Part shown: positions 45,721-59,332 of the stretch, piece after piece
Position numbering within the stretch: the stretch's first letter is position 1
Layout: every line of letters begins with the position of its first letter
Source: Psilocybe cubensis
Taxonomy: Eukaryota
NCBI GenBank assembly: GCA_017499595.2
Contig: CM039002.1
Location: forward strand, 992,001 to 1,056,000
Direction of reading: 5' to 3'
Length of the DNA stretch: 64,000 nt
Translations under genes and position numbers: made by a program
The notes under the pieces: generated by a model
Databases searched by the model: none
What the model was told of the DNA's origin: nothing
What the model saw: only the letters and a program-made list of their open reading frames with translations

Positions 45721-48570
45721 TCAAGCCTTAGAGGACTTCATCTCAGCTTTGATAATATCGGCGAGGTGCTCGGCGCTAGCCAGGACAGCGCCCGCCTACA
45801 CGTAAAACCCGTTGAGCGAAACACCATTTCAAACAAGAATCATGAATACGAACCGTATGTCCAGATACAATTTCAGGGAAAATGGATGCATCGCACACCC
45901 TCAATCCTTTGATCCCATACACTCGCAAACTCGAGTCAACAACGCCACCATCTTCAAGAGGCGCCATTCGGCAGGTGCTCGCTGGGTGATACAAGGTCTC
46001 AACGCGCTCTCGAACAACCTCTTCAAGTTCAGCATCGGACTTCTGGTCCAACTTGCTATCGAGAAGGGGGCTGGGATCATTTAGATCAAGCCTCTGTGCA
46101 AGAGGCTCCTGTTTGCTTATCTTGAGGATAAGCTTGATGCCGCGCTTTAATCTTTCAACGTCTTCCTGAGCGCTTAGATATCTAACGTTTAAAAGGTAAA
46201 CCGTAGAAATACGTCAGATATTAAAATTACACATTTTGCAGTGATGTTAACGTACTTGGGATCCATCACAGGGTCTGCGAAAGGGTCTGCTGACCTTAGC
46301 CGCAAAGTGCCTTTACTCATAGGTCTAAAGAAGATGACGATACAAAGGTGACTTCTGGCGTTCAATATCGCATAATACAAATTGCCTACCGCAGCAAACA
46401 CACGTGCAGGGAAAAGGTGTGCATCGGAAACATGGTCTGCCCGTGTTCCTAACCGACATGTGAGTTTCTCTTTGTCATAATCGGAAGGAAATGAAATCGC
46501 AAGTGTATTGCATTCTGTGTGTGCATATATGATGAGAGATCGAACCTTGTAAGCTATGGGAGTGGAAAATATCTCCAAATCAGGCGAGTCCAAATGCGAG
46601 GTGCTGTCCGCAAGTTTCACTGGGAATTCACTTTCAGGGAACAATCCTGGGTCGTCGCTACGACAGAACGCCGCAGATTCACCGAACTGAAGAAAGGATG
46701 CAAGGCTTGATGAGTACGCGTTTCGTTGAGATCACACATAGTATGAAACCTACGTTCGACGTCAAAGGCCCTCTTTGTGATGTCAAGTACTGGAATGTGG
46801 ATCCCACCAGTTTGAAGACTTCCAAAATTCCATGTGGCTTTACATGTTTGGGCGAGTCATTGGCCTTGGTTTTGAAGTAAACGTCGACGACTGGATGGTC
46901 GATGAGGTTCGATCCGACGCCAGGAAGATTGTGCGCCACAGGAATCTTGACCTCTTGCAGATGTTCCGCCGGACCTATACCGGACAGCAAAAGAATCTTC
47001 CAGAAAATCAAAAAATTAGAATGGATTGGCGTAGCATCAGCCATTGGACTCTACGCACATGGGGCGAATGAACAGCTCCGGCACTACATCAAATTCTGAG
47101 CTTGTGTGTCAAAATGGAAGAGCTCAACACCACTTACGCCAATATGACATCTCGTTTCGAGCGCACAGTGTAACGACGAGCATCCTTGCCCTTAGCAAAT
47201 TCAACACCCGTGGCTTTGATCTCCTCCCCTACTTTCTCGGTTATGACCTTCGTGACGGAAGCATGAAGGACAACTTTCAAGTTTGGCCGTGCCAAAACGT
47301 CGTCCGTCAGATATGCAGACTCAGAGGAAACTCGTGTGCGTGTTTCGTCGATATAGGTCACTATTTAGACAATTGAGCTTCCCTTTTCACTTTTATACCA
47401 TGATACACATACTGATCTTGAAACGATAGTCAGCGAAGAACGAAACGAGCAGCAAGTCCACTTACCCTGTTCACACCCCTTGTTCCTTCAGTCGTGTTGA
47501 AGTCGCGATTGTACGGAATTCCGATTTTCGTACAGGCCGTGATGAAGTCTTTCGAGTTTTGGCAAATTGAACTGAAGTAACCGACGCGCACAGGTCCGTC
47601 GGTCCCTTTGACGGCGCTGGTCACGTCTGGATATTCAGGATCGTCGACGTATTTCTCAAATTTCTTGAAGTAACTGCCGGCGCTATGAACGAGAATTGGA
47701 GTAGAGGTAACGAACATGCTCACCGACTGAAATTCTGCCACGCCCATGCTTCATCTTTAATAATCTTTCCCCACTGATCGAAATCTCCAGGTGAACCATA
47801 TTGTGCCCTAGGGTGAATATGTCAGTTGTAGAACAGTTATAAGTTGCAAGGAATTAGACGTACATCTGAGCGTTGATAGAAGAACCTACAATCATTATTA
47901 AGATTGACAAAAGGATATAGAGATTGCGACTCACATCCTCCCAACATCTTACCTATTCCAAATTAATGCATTCAACTCAATTGCTCCATTATTTTCAAAT
48001 CTCTAATACGCACCTCTAGGCCAATACTTCTTCTTCCCTTGGGCTCCAGCTTGTGGCTCAGTATAGAGATTGTAAACATTCTTCGAACCAAATAGCATAG
48101 AGAAACCGACAGGGATACGCGTTAAAATCAGACTCTTTCCACTGATAGAAACGCGTGAATTGAAGATAAGCATAATCCCAACTAACAACACACCTAACCC
48201 CTGATTCTAAGAGCAGAACCTTTACAGAAGGATCCTCAGAGAGCCGCGCCGCTAGTACGCATCCTGCTGTACCTGTAGTGTCATTTTGTAAGCAAAGAGC
48301 ACGATGAATGTATTGTTTTAACTCACCGCCGCCAACAATAATGAAGTCGTATTCTTCTGTGTCCTTCCCCACGACCTTGGTTGGGTTGGTGATATATTTC
48401 TTGTTCGTACCGGGGAACAGATGACGAATGAGAAGACCCATGACAATTGATGATACTAGGATGATTTTATTTCTCTGAGTCCCAAACTTTCCAGATGTTG
48501 GTACCCGCTTCAGAAGTAAGAGTACTGCCCCTGCTAGAACGATTGTTCGGGTTGGAAATGACACACTCAT
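45721..48570 (-). CDS. GMC oxidoreductase (FAD-dependent alcohol oxidase/dehydrogenase, AA3-like)
   Basis: [47 protein letters not shown]...[50 protein letters not shown] (His/His active site); hydrophobic N-terminus; many introns. Confidence 0.95.
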
Positions 48571-49576
48571 CGCAAGGTCTTGAGAACGACCTAGTTATAT
48601 GCGGGGTCAGGGGGTAACGTCGGTGGGGAAATGTTGAATAAAATAGCTAAAAGAAGATCGGCGGACACTTCTAGTATAATCACATTCATCATGCCTGTGA
48701 TATGATGTGGACTGCCTGGGTAAGCCGGGATAAGTCTGGTCCATTGAACACATCTGCAAAGACAAATTGGCAAATGATGTAAATTTTTGGATTTCTTGTT
48801 ATTTTACAACTGGAGACACGGAGTTGGACTTCAGGTGTGATGTTCATATTTCTGTACTTGCCAATGGCCCAGGTCGATGACAAACATATCTTCGAGGTTT
48901 ACATGGTGTCAACATGGTGTGTGAAGAAACAGATGCAACTCAAAGCGAAAAGTGCCAAGCCATGTTAAGTTGTAGTTGTGATCATTCAATTCAGATTGTC
49001 ACGATACATAACACAGCATCATGATCAGCCGCCATCGAACGATCATGTGAACACGGGTGGTCACGTCACAATCCACGACGGAATGTTCTGGCGCTCAAGT
49101 TGGCGCTATTGGCCGCGGCGGTTTTCAAATATTCAGAGCAATGGCTCCGGAATATCACAATTTGAACGCCAACATATCTCCAACTCTGCGGTTCTATCTT
49201 TGGATACTCCAGGTACACTCTATAATTACAACTTACAAGAACCAATTGGCTCTGGGATTGAATTATCTCTATCAACATTGAACATGAACAACCCCTTTAG
49301 TAATCCTAGTAATCCGGGGTACCCACCAGCCTTGTACGTATCATTTCACTCCCCTTGACTGGAATATCTTACAGTAGCTATAACATTTGCATGAATATGA
49401 ACAAGCAAGATCCCAATATCGGCGCTAATACGATGCTAAGCATTGCTTTTCCGTGTCATAAGTACGTCAATTTGCAACTTACACAGCCATGATAACGAGC
49501 AAGTCATTTTAAGACCATCAATTTATTGACGCGCTTTTTAAACAAGGCTGTTGAAGCAACGTTGCATTAACACACC

Positions 49577-51264
49577 ATGGAATGCGGCCTTTCCAATGTA
49601 TTCCCCGTTTCAGCCAACCGGACCCTCGAAGTACAATTAGCGCAAAGCTTTTCTCAGTCCCTGGACGTGAAGATCGACAATTCAACCCTTCTCTCAAGTT
49701 CCTTTTTGTGGGTTCTGTATTGTGCTGCGGATACTGCTCAACATTGTCATGGGATTTGTCCCAACGCAGACCTCGCAGGTGCCTCCGATTTGTAGTCAAG
49801 AATTAACGAACAACTTAAAATTGTATAGGGGTTGGCGTTCGGACAGCATTTTGGTTATCAAGTATACTACAAGGTTTGTCAATGTATGCTACGGTTTGAA
49901 CTTAACACTGATCTGAGCAAAGCCATACTTGTCGCAGTATCCCCTGAGGAATCAACCCAAGGAGGTAGGTTACCATTCAGCTTCGTCCAGCATGGTCTAA
50001 CACTTCTCTTTCTTAGCATGGACAGCAGCTATTCTAACTGCTTCTGTCACAATTCCTGCACTAATTCAAAAGCGGAACCGACAACTTTCAATATACCATG
50101 CCACTTTGGTTCTGAATTTTGCCACATTTTCCTCAATTGTTTCTTTGGCTGTGGCGCCAATGTGCACCGTATGGCGACCTGCAGGCGATCCAGAGCTCCC
50201 AGCGCTCATCTTTGGAGAGGAGGGGCGAACGTTGTCAAATGATGCTGAGCCCTTGACAAATTTACCGAAGAATAAAGTACATCGACAACGTCTAGTATTG
50301 TCTCTTGCCTTGCTCACTCAAGTAAGTAAACCTTCGTAACATTTCGACACTTACGAAAAACCTACTAATTTTTTTCTTTCATGGCTAGGTGGCTTTGCAG
50401 TGGGCTTGGACTATTACACTGTTCACTGACCCTGAGTACTACCAAAAAGCCTGTATTCCGAGTACTATCGTAGTACTATTTGGAAGGCTTTTTTCTGTAC
50501 AAAAGATTAATCACGGACAGTATATTATTTGGCCACTCTGGCTTCTCTTCAACCTCGCGATCACCTTAATATGGGGGGTCCTCCTCGTTTATAGCAGCTC
50601 TCCGTCCGTGCACCCTGTTTTGTCCAGGTCACCATCCAGGCTCGACTTGCCGCTAACGTGGCGGGATAAATTACCGCAGGATAAAGGCCGGATCATGGTC
50701 ATCATCTCCAACTTCGTTGCCTTCTTAATATCCTTGCTATTATTAGTCTCTTCCGAAGTCCAAGTCGCCAGAAATTGTGTCCATGACGAGAACTCGGACT
50801 GGTCGTTCGGGTAACGCTGTTCCTTGTTCCTGTTAAGATCCGTTGGCGCTGACCTTCTTTGTCTACGTTACTCTGCTCATAGCCAGATTGCGGCGATCCT
50901 GGTCGCGTGCGTTAAACGTTAATCTTCCTCTTGTTTACTACTTTACCCTGACTTTTATGAATTCGTTCACAGGCTAGCTCCAGCGTGGTCAATCGTCACA
51001 GCCCTGGACAACCACCACAAGCCACAGATGGATGACAGAACGCCCATACACAATGACGTAGAGAGCGAGCAACACACCCGAGATTTAGAAAGCACCTCGG
51101 TATTGGCATCTACCGACGGTCGCAAGACGCCCATTGCACCTTTAATTGAGGAGGTACAAGAAACAATTTCGATTGACGAAGAACCCAGCTACTCATACCA
51201 CCTCACCGTGCCCCGTGACGCCTTTCGTCAACGTGCGCCGTCCAAGCCTCCGCCTTCGCATTGA
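49577..51264 (+). CDS. Uncharacterised multi-pass membrane protein
   Basis: Spliced: ...CHGICPNADLAG|VGVRTAFWLSSILQ|AILVAVSPEE...LSIYHATLVLNFA...LTQ|VALQWAW...ENSDWSFG|QIAAILVA|LAPAWS... The NxDxxGxGVR and WxFGQ motifs mark a common fungal orphan membrane family. Start uncertain. Confidence 0.7.
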
Positions 51265-51551
51265 CGGTGATTGAATCTGTACCTGTGCTTATGCTGACTT
51301 CTCCGCAGCCCAGAGGCTCTCGCTTTTTGGAGACCGTGTAGTCTGTTTGACGGCAATCATAGCATTTTCATTTTAGGGCGGCATACACATATGTACATAT
51401 ACAGTATTGTAGTCAGCATACTAAGCCTAAGTTTCTATCTAATCTACTAATGCTACATATTATACAATTGAAGTCTATTTGGATTCGTTGAAGATACATG
51501 TACAAGTCGCGAAGAATGATAAGGATAGTGATTTCTGGTCTGGGAGGGGTA

Positions 51552-53056
51552 TTAATTCCCTCCCCATAATCTCCTCACAAAGTGAAGAATCTTGGTCTTA
51601 GGAGGAAGAATCTCCCACCTGCCAAAAAATCTATTAGAAACACGACTCTTCCGAATTAGAAAGAGCTGTGTACTCACTGAATGATCAAGTCTCCTCTGCC
51701 AACAATTTTGCCCTGCTCTCTGATGGGCATACCGGCGCCCTTGATGATGCTACGCCCATTCAACTTCTTGTCCCTCGGATAGTCGATTTGTATGATCAAG
51801 CTACGACCATCAATGCCCATGAAGGGGACTTTCCCTCCCTGACGACGTAGACTATCCACCCATGGCAGCCGAACGTCCATGACAAGATCGTCATATAACC
51901 GCACAAACCTCTCGTGCGGCGCCTCTTCGATGATGAATGCAATGTCCTGGAACACACCAGGCTTCCACTCGTGGCCGACGTTGCGGCAGAGGATGCGGGT
52001 GCCCGGCCGACACCCCGACGGAATGTCGATTTCAATGACCACGCTTTTGGCTTTGCCCGACAAGTACGCGCGAGAGATACCGAATCGGAAATGCTTTCCA
52101 GTGAAGAGCTCTTCCAGGCTGATTGCTAGAGAGTAAACCCATTCACCGGCTGAACCAAGACCAATAGAGACGAGAGGTATTGAGTATGGGGGTGTGGCAT
52201 GGTTGTGGTATGCTTGACTTCGGTAGGGGTAATTATTGAGATGAAGATGGGAACTATGAAGACTGAGTGAGATGCTGAAGAAAGAGATAGCCAATTGAAA
52301 TTATTGCTCACCTTCGAGGAGACCCATTGACTTTTGGTGGTTTGGATGATTTCGACTGTGGTGCTCGTACTTTGATGGGCTCTGGGTTACGTGGAATGGG
52401 AGTGAAGGGAGTGGTTGGTCGATACAGGGCAGGCCCTGTACCAGCTCCTTTTGTGGGCGCTTCGTAAAACGTGTGAGGGCGGTTGGGGAGATTACGGTAG
52501 TGAGAGGCTAGAGTTTCCACAGGTTCACGGACACCTTGCTTCCAAGATGAGCGAAGACTTTCACGGTTACTGGGAGGGGCCGTCGTATGCGATTCATCAC
52601 TTGAAGCCACCAAGTGAATGAAGGAATCCAGTGAAACAACAGAAGAGTCGCTGCTGGTTTGGTGGGCCAGTGGAGGGGGGCGGGGTACTTGGGGGGTACG
52701 GTCCTTGGCCATGGTTGAATAGTTAGGCTTAGGCTTCACGAAACCTTCTCGCACGAGAGTCCTATAAGCATTTGTTACCTGTAAGAAGAAAAAAGTTTTG
52801 TAAATGAGAATAAATGAGAGAGAAACGGAGATCGGGTCCGATCATACCTCAAGGAAATGCCTCGTCGATGTCTCCTTATCGTGGGCATTATGTTGACGAT
52901 CTGGGTGCCACTTCAAAGCCTAAAGGGCGATGAACATATCCTCGTTTCCAGGGACTCTGAGAAAATCAGTACCGTAATCCTGTAGGCGTGTTTGATTTCA
53001 TCTGAATTGGCATCTTCGAAGATTTCCAGGATGCGGTAAGCGTCTTGTACGGACAT
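51552..53056 (-). CDS. DnaJ/Hsp40 protein (J domain plus class-B-like C-terminal domain)
   Basis: DAYRILEI...EIKHAYRIT|ALKWHPDR...FLE|VTNAYRTL (J domain with HPD); ISLEELFTG...IDIPSGCRPGTRI...DIAFIIEEAPHERFVR...GAGMPIR...RGDLIIQ|WEI (DnaJ_C). Confidence 0.9.
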
Positions 53057-55052
53057 GGTAAGCATGAGGAGAGTTAGACCCTTAACGAAGGGCGGCGGCA
53101 AATCATTGACACGGTCGACGTTCCCTCGACCTCCCATTTATACATCCAAATCCTTATGTCGGCTCTAGAGAGTGGCAGAGTTATAATAAAGATCGCGCAA
53201 GCATCAGGTGCCCACAAGATCTAGGACAGATATAAATGAACTTCCGAAGTTCTCATTCATGAGCCCACAGGGAAAGCCAGTCCTCAGAGCTGGCCTCGTG
53301 GTGTTCGTAATGGCATAAAGCGGGAATGAAGAAGGACGCGCAATCGATTTATGCGAAGAAACGGCAAAGAAAAAGTACAACGATAGATGCAAACGCACTA
53401 ACGGTTTGACCAGGTATACCCCTCGTCTGGTAGCAAACGAGGCCAGATGCGCAAAGTCCCGGTATGAAGCATTCCTTCGGTTTCCTGCCCACAATTCGAT
53501 GGACCCCAAATTTAATGTGCTTACAACCGTACATATGTCGAAAGTTAATTGAAGTTCATTGTGTTGCATTCAGAGTTGGCAAGTCTTGCAGCAGGTTGTG
53601 ATTGCTTCAAATTCGTCCTCCGAGAAAGTAGTACTCGTTAGGTATTGATAGTAAGGGGTCAAAGACATTTTAAGACTTAGCATGTCATCATGGCAGTGGA
53701 AAGAAGAAAGAGATGGATAAAGTTGGGTCAACATGCTTATCAAACAAGTTACTTTCCCCATTGATCTCCGACCTCTTACTCCTCCACTATCACAGATTCA
53801 CAATCACGTCCGAGTCGTATTTTGTTTCTTCCCGTATTTTAAGGATATCCTCCTAAGAGCAAGGAAAGAAGATATCAACCTTCTTCTCTCAGACAATTAC
53901 ATCCACCTTTCAAAGGGGGACAGTTTTTGTTACAACGCGGCCGAAGAAGTTGCGTGGTTTTTGCCTCCTCGGCCGTTATCTTCTGAGTCGAAGCGATGTC
54001 CTTCATCCTCCCTTTCTCTCCGAATCGCCTCGATTTTTCAACAGTATCAACACGTTTCGAACTTACTCTGGCCCTCCCGAACTATTCCGACGTTCAAGTT
54101 GGGATATCTACATCGCGCTATCGCTGCACTGACTCTTGAGTGCAATCAGTGACCGGCCTCCTTGAACATTTGCACCCCATCGCTTAAAAAGGGCATGCCT
54201 TACTACGTAGCTGTAACTGATAACCAGTCAATCTGTTGCGATTCATTACATCGTGATAACAATGAATACCGCACCGTGATGCATAGGCTTTCTTTGAAGC
54301 TATGTCGCGGCCGATTTCATGAAGTAACCGAATTTGGGCCCTTAACGCCTGCTTCCGGTCCTGCCTCATTGCATACTCTTAGGCTTGGTTAGCGCGATAA
54401 CCTTCGAGCTTTCTTTAGCCCCGTCTGTCGTATTGTGGCAACCTTAACCTCCTGCAGGCTCAAGCGCAGTGAGTGTAATCAATTCGTTTATCCCTGTCAA
54501 GCCTCTCAACTTACGAAAATTGAGGACTTCCATTTATTCCGTAAAGACAGGCAACTATGCGAGCTACTCGGCGACCTTTAGCACGATAAAAGAAGCATGT
54601 CGCGATAAGAAATGCGCAGTTCAGATGCCCGCCAACCGACACCAAATTTTATTACGCATGGACAAGAAAGTACCTTTGGGCAACTGTACGTCGATTATCT
54701 TTGATTGATTCATCTCATAGATCGCAGTGGTAGTAATTAGGCGATAGCATCGTACATACCAATGGTAGTGTTCAGCCAATTCTATCCATCGGCAGCTTTT
54801 CGTGAATTTCGTACTGAACGCACAATGGTACAGCACCCTCCCGAGTAAGCATGTCCGTATTTGAGCCCAGCTACGCTCCTAGATCATCACGCACATTGCA
54901 CTCCACTTTCCTGCCGCCTTCATTTTCCCCTGGTGTAACGTTCCGCATGGTTATTGCGATCGAAGTTCGCTATAACCCATTGCGAGGTCTATGCACATAA
55001 AAAGTGTCTACAATTACAATCGGAAGGGTTGTGGAAGGTGTTATGGCAAGTC

Positions 55053-58000
55053 TCAGAAAAGCACTGCTAGGAGTCTACTCCAACGGGTCGTGGGTTCTTC
55101 CTCATGGATTTCAGGGATACGGCCTCTTTCGAAGCGCATTTCGTGAAGTGTGACCATTTTGGTTCTGAAAATCATGATCTTAAGGTAAACGAAAAGAATT
55201 TTAATAACAATGACAACAAATTATTGACCTGAATATCAACTTATAGCCTAAGATGGCTAGTAAGAAAACAGGCTGGTTTATTGACATCAGTGCCGTGAAT
55301 ACACGATCTTTCGTAATAGGGCAGGGATAAATATCGTCACTCACAATGGTGAGATAAGATGAAACAAAGGCCGGCACCCAGTTCCCTATTGCTGGGTCGT
55401 TCTCGAGAGAATTATCTTCTAATTCCCGAGCTGCACAACGTATGTAACTCGTAAACAGGTCTCTAAATTAATGTCCGTATTACAATGAGATGCTTACCCA
55501 TCCTCCAGGGACCAGGACGTGTGAAAACAAACCACCCGTTAAAGATCAGGATAAGCACACACATAACAAAAGCATAAATTGCAATCTACAGCACGCGATC
55601 ATCATGATGATTCGTGTGAGGCGAATCGGAACGGAATGACGGTGAGATACACGAGGCAACTTACCCATGGTTGCATGCGATATCTGTTCTTGTACAGCTC
55701 TTGGTGAGTTTGCTTGAAATCTTTGTCTTTCTTCTCCGCAGCAATAGTCCCTTGATACCAACTATAATCGTGAAATTACTAGGTCAATAGATTCGTGCGA
55801 AGCAATTCAACCCATTCAAATTCTCACCGAAGGTATGTAAAAAGCATGCCAATCCATGACAGCAAGGCAGTCGTGCTGTTCAGAGATGAGAGCCAATGGA
55901 AAATCTATGCAATGAAGTCGAGAAGTAAGTACACAGGGAACTTATTCATAAGAATCTTGACAAAACTCACTTCCTCAGCTCTTGTTCGAGACAAAGACAT
56001 GAACGCCATCAATGCAAAACAAGCAGATGCAAGAATTCCAACCCATGGAATAATTGTCTTATTTGCTTCATTCCGAAAAATTGCGGCACAGAATCGCGGA
56101 GCGTGGCCACACCTTGCAAGATAGTACAGGAATCGGCTAGAGATATACACTGACAAAGGATGAATTTGAAATACATTTTTCAATTATAGTGAATGCACCG
56201 ACCATCTGAAGTTGCGGCACTAAAGGCAGAAATAACGAAAGCTGCGTTGTAAATATGCTCCAGGTGTTTGAGACGTGCATTTTGCATGGCAATGACAAAG
56301 GGCGAAGATAGAACAAGGGTGTGTCCAGGACTCCCTATTGTCGGTCCTGTGAGCCTAGGGTCGTCAGACCTAACCAACAGTCCTGCCACAAAGACAGCCA
56401 AGACATAAAAGAGGGTTCTATGAGTATGAATGCCATAATATGCGGTCAGGAAAGCTTAGTTCATCATGTGGAACAGACCACTTGCATTCGTATCCAAACG
56501 CGATTCACCGCACGAGGGATGTTCTGAAGATATGTTCAACAAAGGAAACGTGAGTGCCAAAACTGAAGTGACTTGGATTACCTTTGCCGGATTTTGTACC
56601 TGTGTAAATTCATACCATTTTCGTAAGTCGGAAGTTCAAACGCAGAAAAAAGGGCTTTACCTCTCCAGCAGCGACACCAGGAATCTCGGTTCCAGAAAAA
56701 GCAAAGACTGCCTACAAGTTGAACGTTACAAATTACTCTCAACCAACAAGATTGAAAGTATAAATATAGACACTACCTGAATCATCGAAGACCAGACGCC
56801 CAAAAACCTGCCGAGGGTTCCTTTGGCTCTAAATTCTACAAAAGGCCCAGGATTTCTCCAATTCTTGAGGCCAATAAACCTAAGTTAACGTGAACAACTC
56901 GATGAAAATAACGCGTAAGTATACAATTCTGCATACCCTTCTGTTCCACCGCCTAGATCGAGGATTATTCCTCCAAGTACGAGCGAAACAACGGTAAGAA
57001 TCTTGAAACAGCTAAAGGAAAACTCTGCCTCTCCATACGCCCGAGACCCGAAGCAGTTAATACCAATGGCAAGGACGAGCTAACCAAAAAAAGATCCATT
57101 AACGTCTGCGATCGAATTTGAATGGATTCAAGGTCGTATAAACTCACGAATACGCTTATTGTTATGAGGTTGATAGTACTGGAAAGAATGAGAGCAGGGT
57201 TCCATAATCGCATTACATCTGAGAAGATTACAGACTCGCTCACTTTATGGACTCAGCGCTACCGTTAGGGAAAAATCCATTAAATAGTATCGTTGCGGCA
57301 CTCAATTCGGTCGGCAAGATTATCGCCCTGCAGATATAACAGAAGAATACGGGGTGACATCGTAAAGCAGTGAGCTTCACATACCAGCTATACCAAGCGT
57401 TCCAGCCTGAGTAGGATCAAGTCAGCAAAATGATTTTAGCACCATCAAAATTGGCAGCTTAGAATACCTAGGGCAAATCCCAATGCGGGATCAACATATA
57501 ATCCTGCAAGTCCAACAGGTCCTCCAACGTTGGGCCTTATTGATCATATCTGGTCACCGGCAATGATAATTAAGAGGAAATAGATAAGGCTCAACAAAAA
57601 GGCTACAATCTCTCCAATTGATGTAACCTAGGCCCTATGAATCAATATGCCCTCCATAAACAAAGAAAATGTCTGGACACACCACAGACCACACAACGCT
57701 CCCAGTTATTGCGTATCCCTACTAGTAATTCAGTCAACCAACAGAAAAGCGTGAGTTGGGGTGAATGTAACTTGCCAACAGTAAGCCCACTGGCCCAGCA
57801 TTATGCAATGCTATTGAAGGGTAAGATATAGAATCAGAACTACCGAACGATCCATAAAGCTGCTGTAATACCTGTCGCACTCCCGATGAATAGACCAGTC
57901 CTAGTTTGTTAAAATTGAGGTAGCCTAAACCACCTGTAAAACTTGAAACCACAATGCACCTCACCCGATGACTCCACCTGCATTTCTGGTCAATAAGATC

Positions 58001-58468
58001 GCCATTTTTCGGCGTTCTGAAAAGGGTACATACCTATTGAGATGACACTGACTGTCGTGACGTCGCCAAGCAAGTGAGCCTTGGAAAAGAGTTTTAGCAG
58101 GCTGTGCTTTACTCACTGTGTCTAATCACGACCAATAAATCGCATACGTAGTAAGCAACTTCGCTTAACAGTCGCGGTGTAAGTAATTACATACCTTCGA
58201 TTGATTTGTGGTGGTAGCTCTTCTCCGATCTCACTCCATCTCCAAGAAAAATAAATGAGTTAAATTGGAAAAAATAAACGGAATCAATAAACCTTTGTTG
58301 ATACTTCTCCAGCCGAAGTCTTGCGGCATCCAATGATGCACTGAATTTGTTCATTGTTGCGTTGTGGATATCATTGTTGGACCGAATCGTGTGACCATTC
58401 ACTTCATACTCCGAAGGCAAAGTAGGTGGACCATTGCTGGCCCTACTACGTAGCTGGAACTGCTCCAT
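55053..58468 (-). CDS. Amino-acid permease (APC/YAT family), tandem copy 1, many introns
   Basis: Spliced INRRHISVISIGGVIGTGLFIG, PNVGGPVGLAGLYVDPALGFAL, RMERQSF-region YGEAEF, GLKNWRNPGPF, FSGTE, SSPFVIA, YISSRFLYYLARCGHAP, YRMQPW; ends TRWSRLLAVLF*. Confidence 0.88.
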
Positions 58469-59332
58469 AGCCGATTAATAGAGCTGGATAACTAGGGAAA
58501 GGGGAAGGGGGGAAAGAGGTGAGATAAGGCTGGGATTATCATCAGTCTCCCAAGCCTGCAGCGGCTATGGGAATTGTTGACACAACTTGAGACACAACTT
58601 GAAGTACCCTTCAAGTTGAAATCTCACTTAACTCTAACTGCGGGATCCTTTCTCATGCTCAGCGCTCAGGTCCCAACCGTGTGATGGACGTTTAGATTGA
58701 TGTCAGGCAGAGGTTATGGCGCTTATGATCAGCACCTCTTGATAGGTGCTATTGGCGCGCAATTTGGATTGCGATGAAAGTTGTCGATGGAGCATGTGTT
58801 AGCAAGGCTTGATTTAGTAATAATTTCAAGTACGATGCAGAAATCTATTGCGTGCTTGAGATAGATAGAGAGGCTCTGGTCTTTTGATTTGTAATCCAAG
58901 TTTGGGCCGAAGTTGTGTGGGTTATTATTCTGATCAGTGCCAGTGACTGATCAGTATGTCGATAATAGTCCACTTCAATCAAAGTCAGTGACTATGTAAA
59001 GAAGAGAAAGGAGTCTTTGCTCCTGTCGCGGTTTTAGTGCGGCTGAGTAGTGAGCTCCAAAAAGGTTCGACCGCCGTGGCCGAGTTACAGAAATTCATTA
59101 CGATAACGATAGCTTGAACGTCGTTTAAGGCTTCCCGATCTAAGTATATAACGGATATGAATAATTAAAGAAAAATTCATCAGTGGCAGCAACTTAGTCA
59201 GGTTCAACTTGTCCATCTTGGATGTTGTTATTTTATTTGATTTAGCCCAGCACACTTGTGGACATCAACAAGTAAAGCTAGTAGGTTTGTGTTCGGCGTT
59301 CGAAATAAAATTGTGCATCGATATAGCAGATC

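Noticed and set aside
22639..48570. Hydratase, epoxide hydrolases and GMC oxidase as a biosynthetic gene cluster
   Set aside because: Interspersed with housekeeping genes (BUB1, PBP1), and there is no PKS, NRPS, terpene synthase or RiPP precursor in the window.
48978..49550. Possible extra upstream exons (MNNPFSNP...) for the 49577 membrane gene
   Set aside because: I could not build an in-frame spliced path to the main ORF; may be UTR or a uORF.
53204..54900. 139-aa and 121-aa ORFs between the DnaJ gene and permease copy 1
   Set aside because: No domain motifs, no consistent exon structure and no terminal repeats visible; left unannotated.
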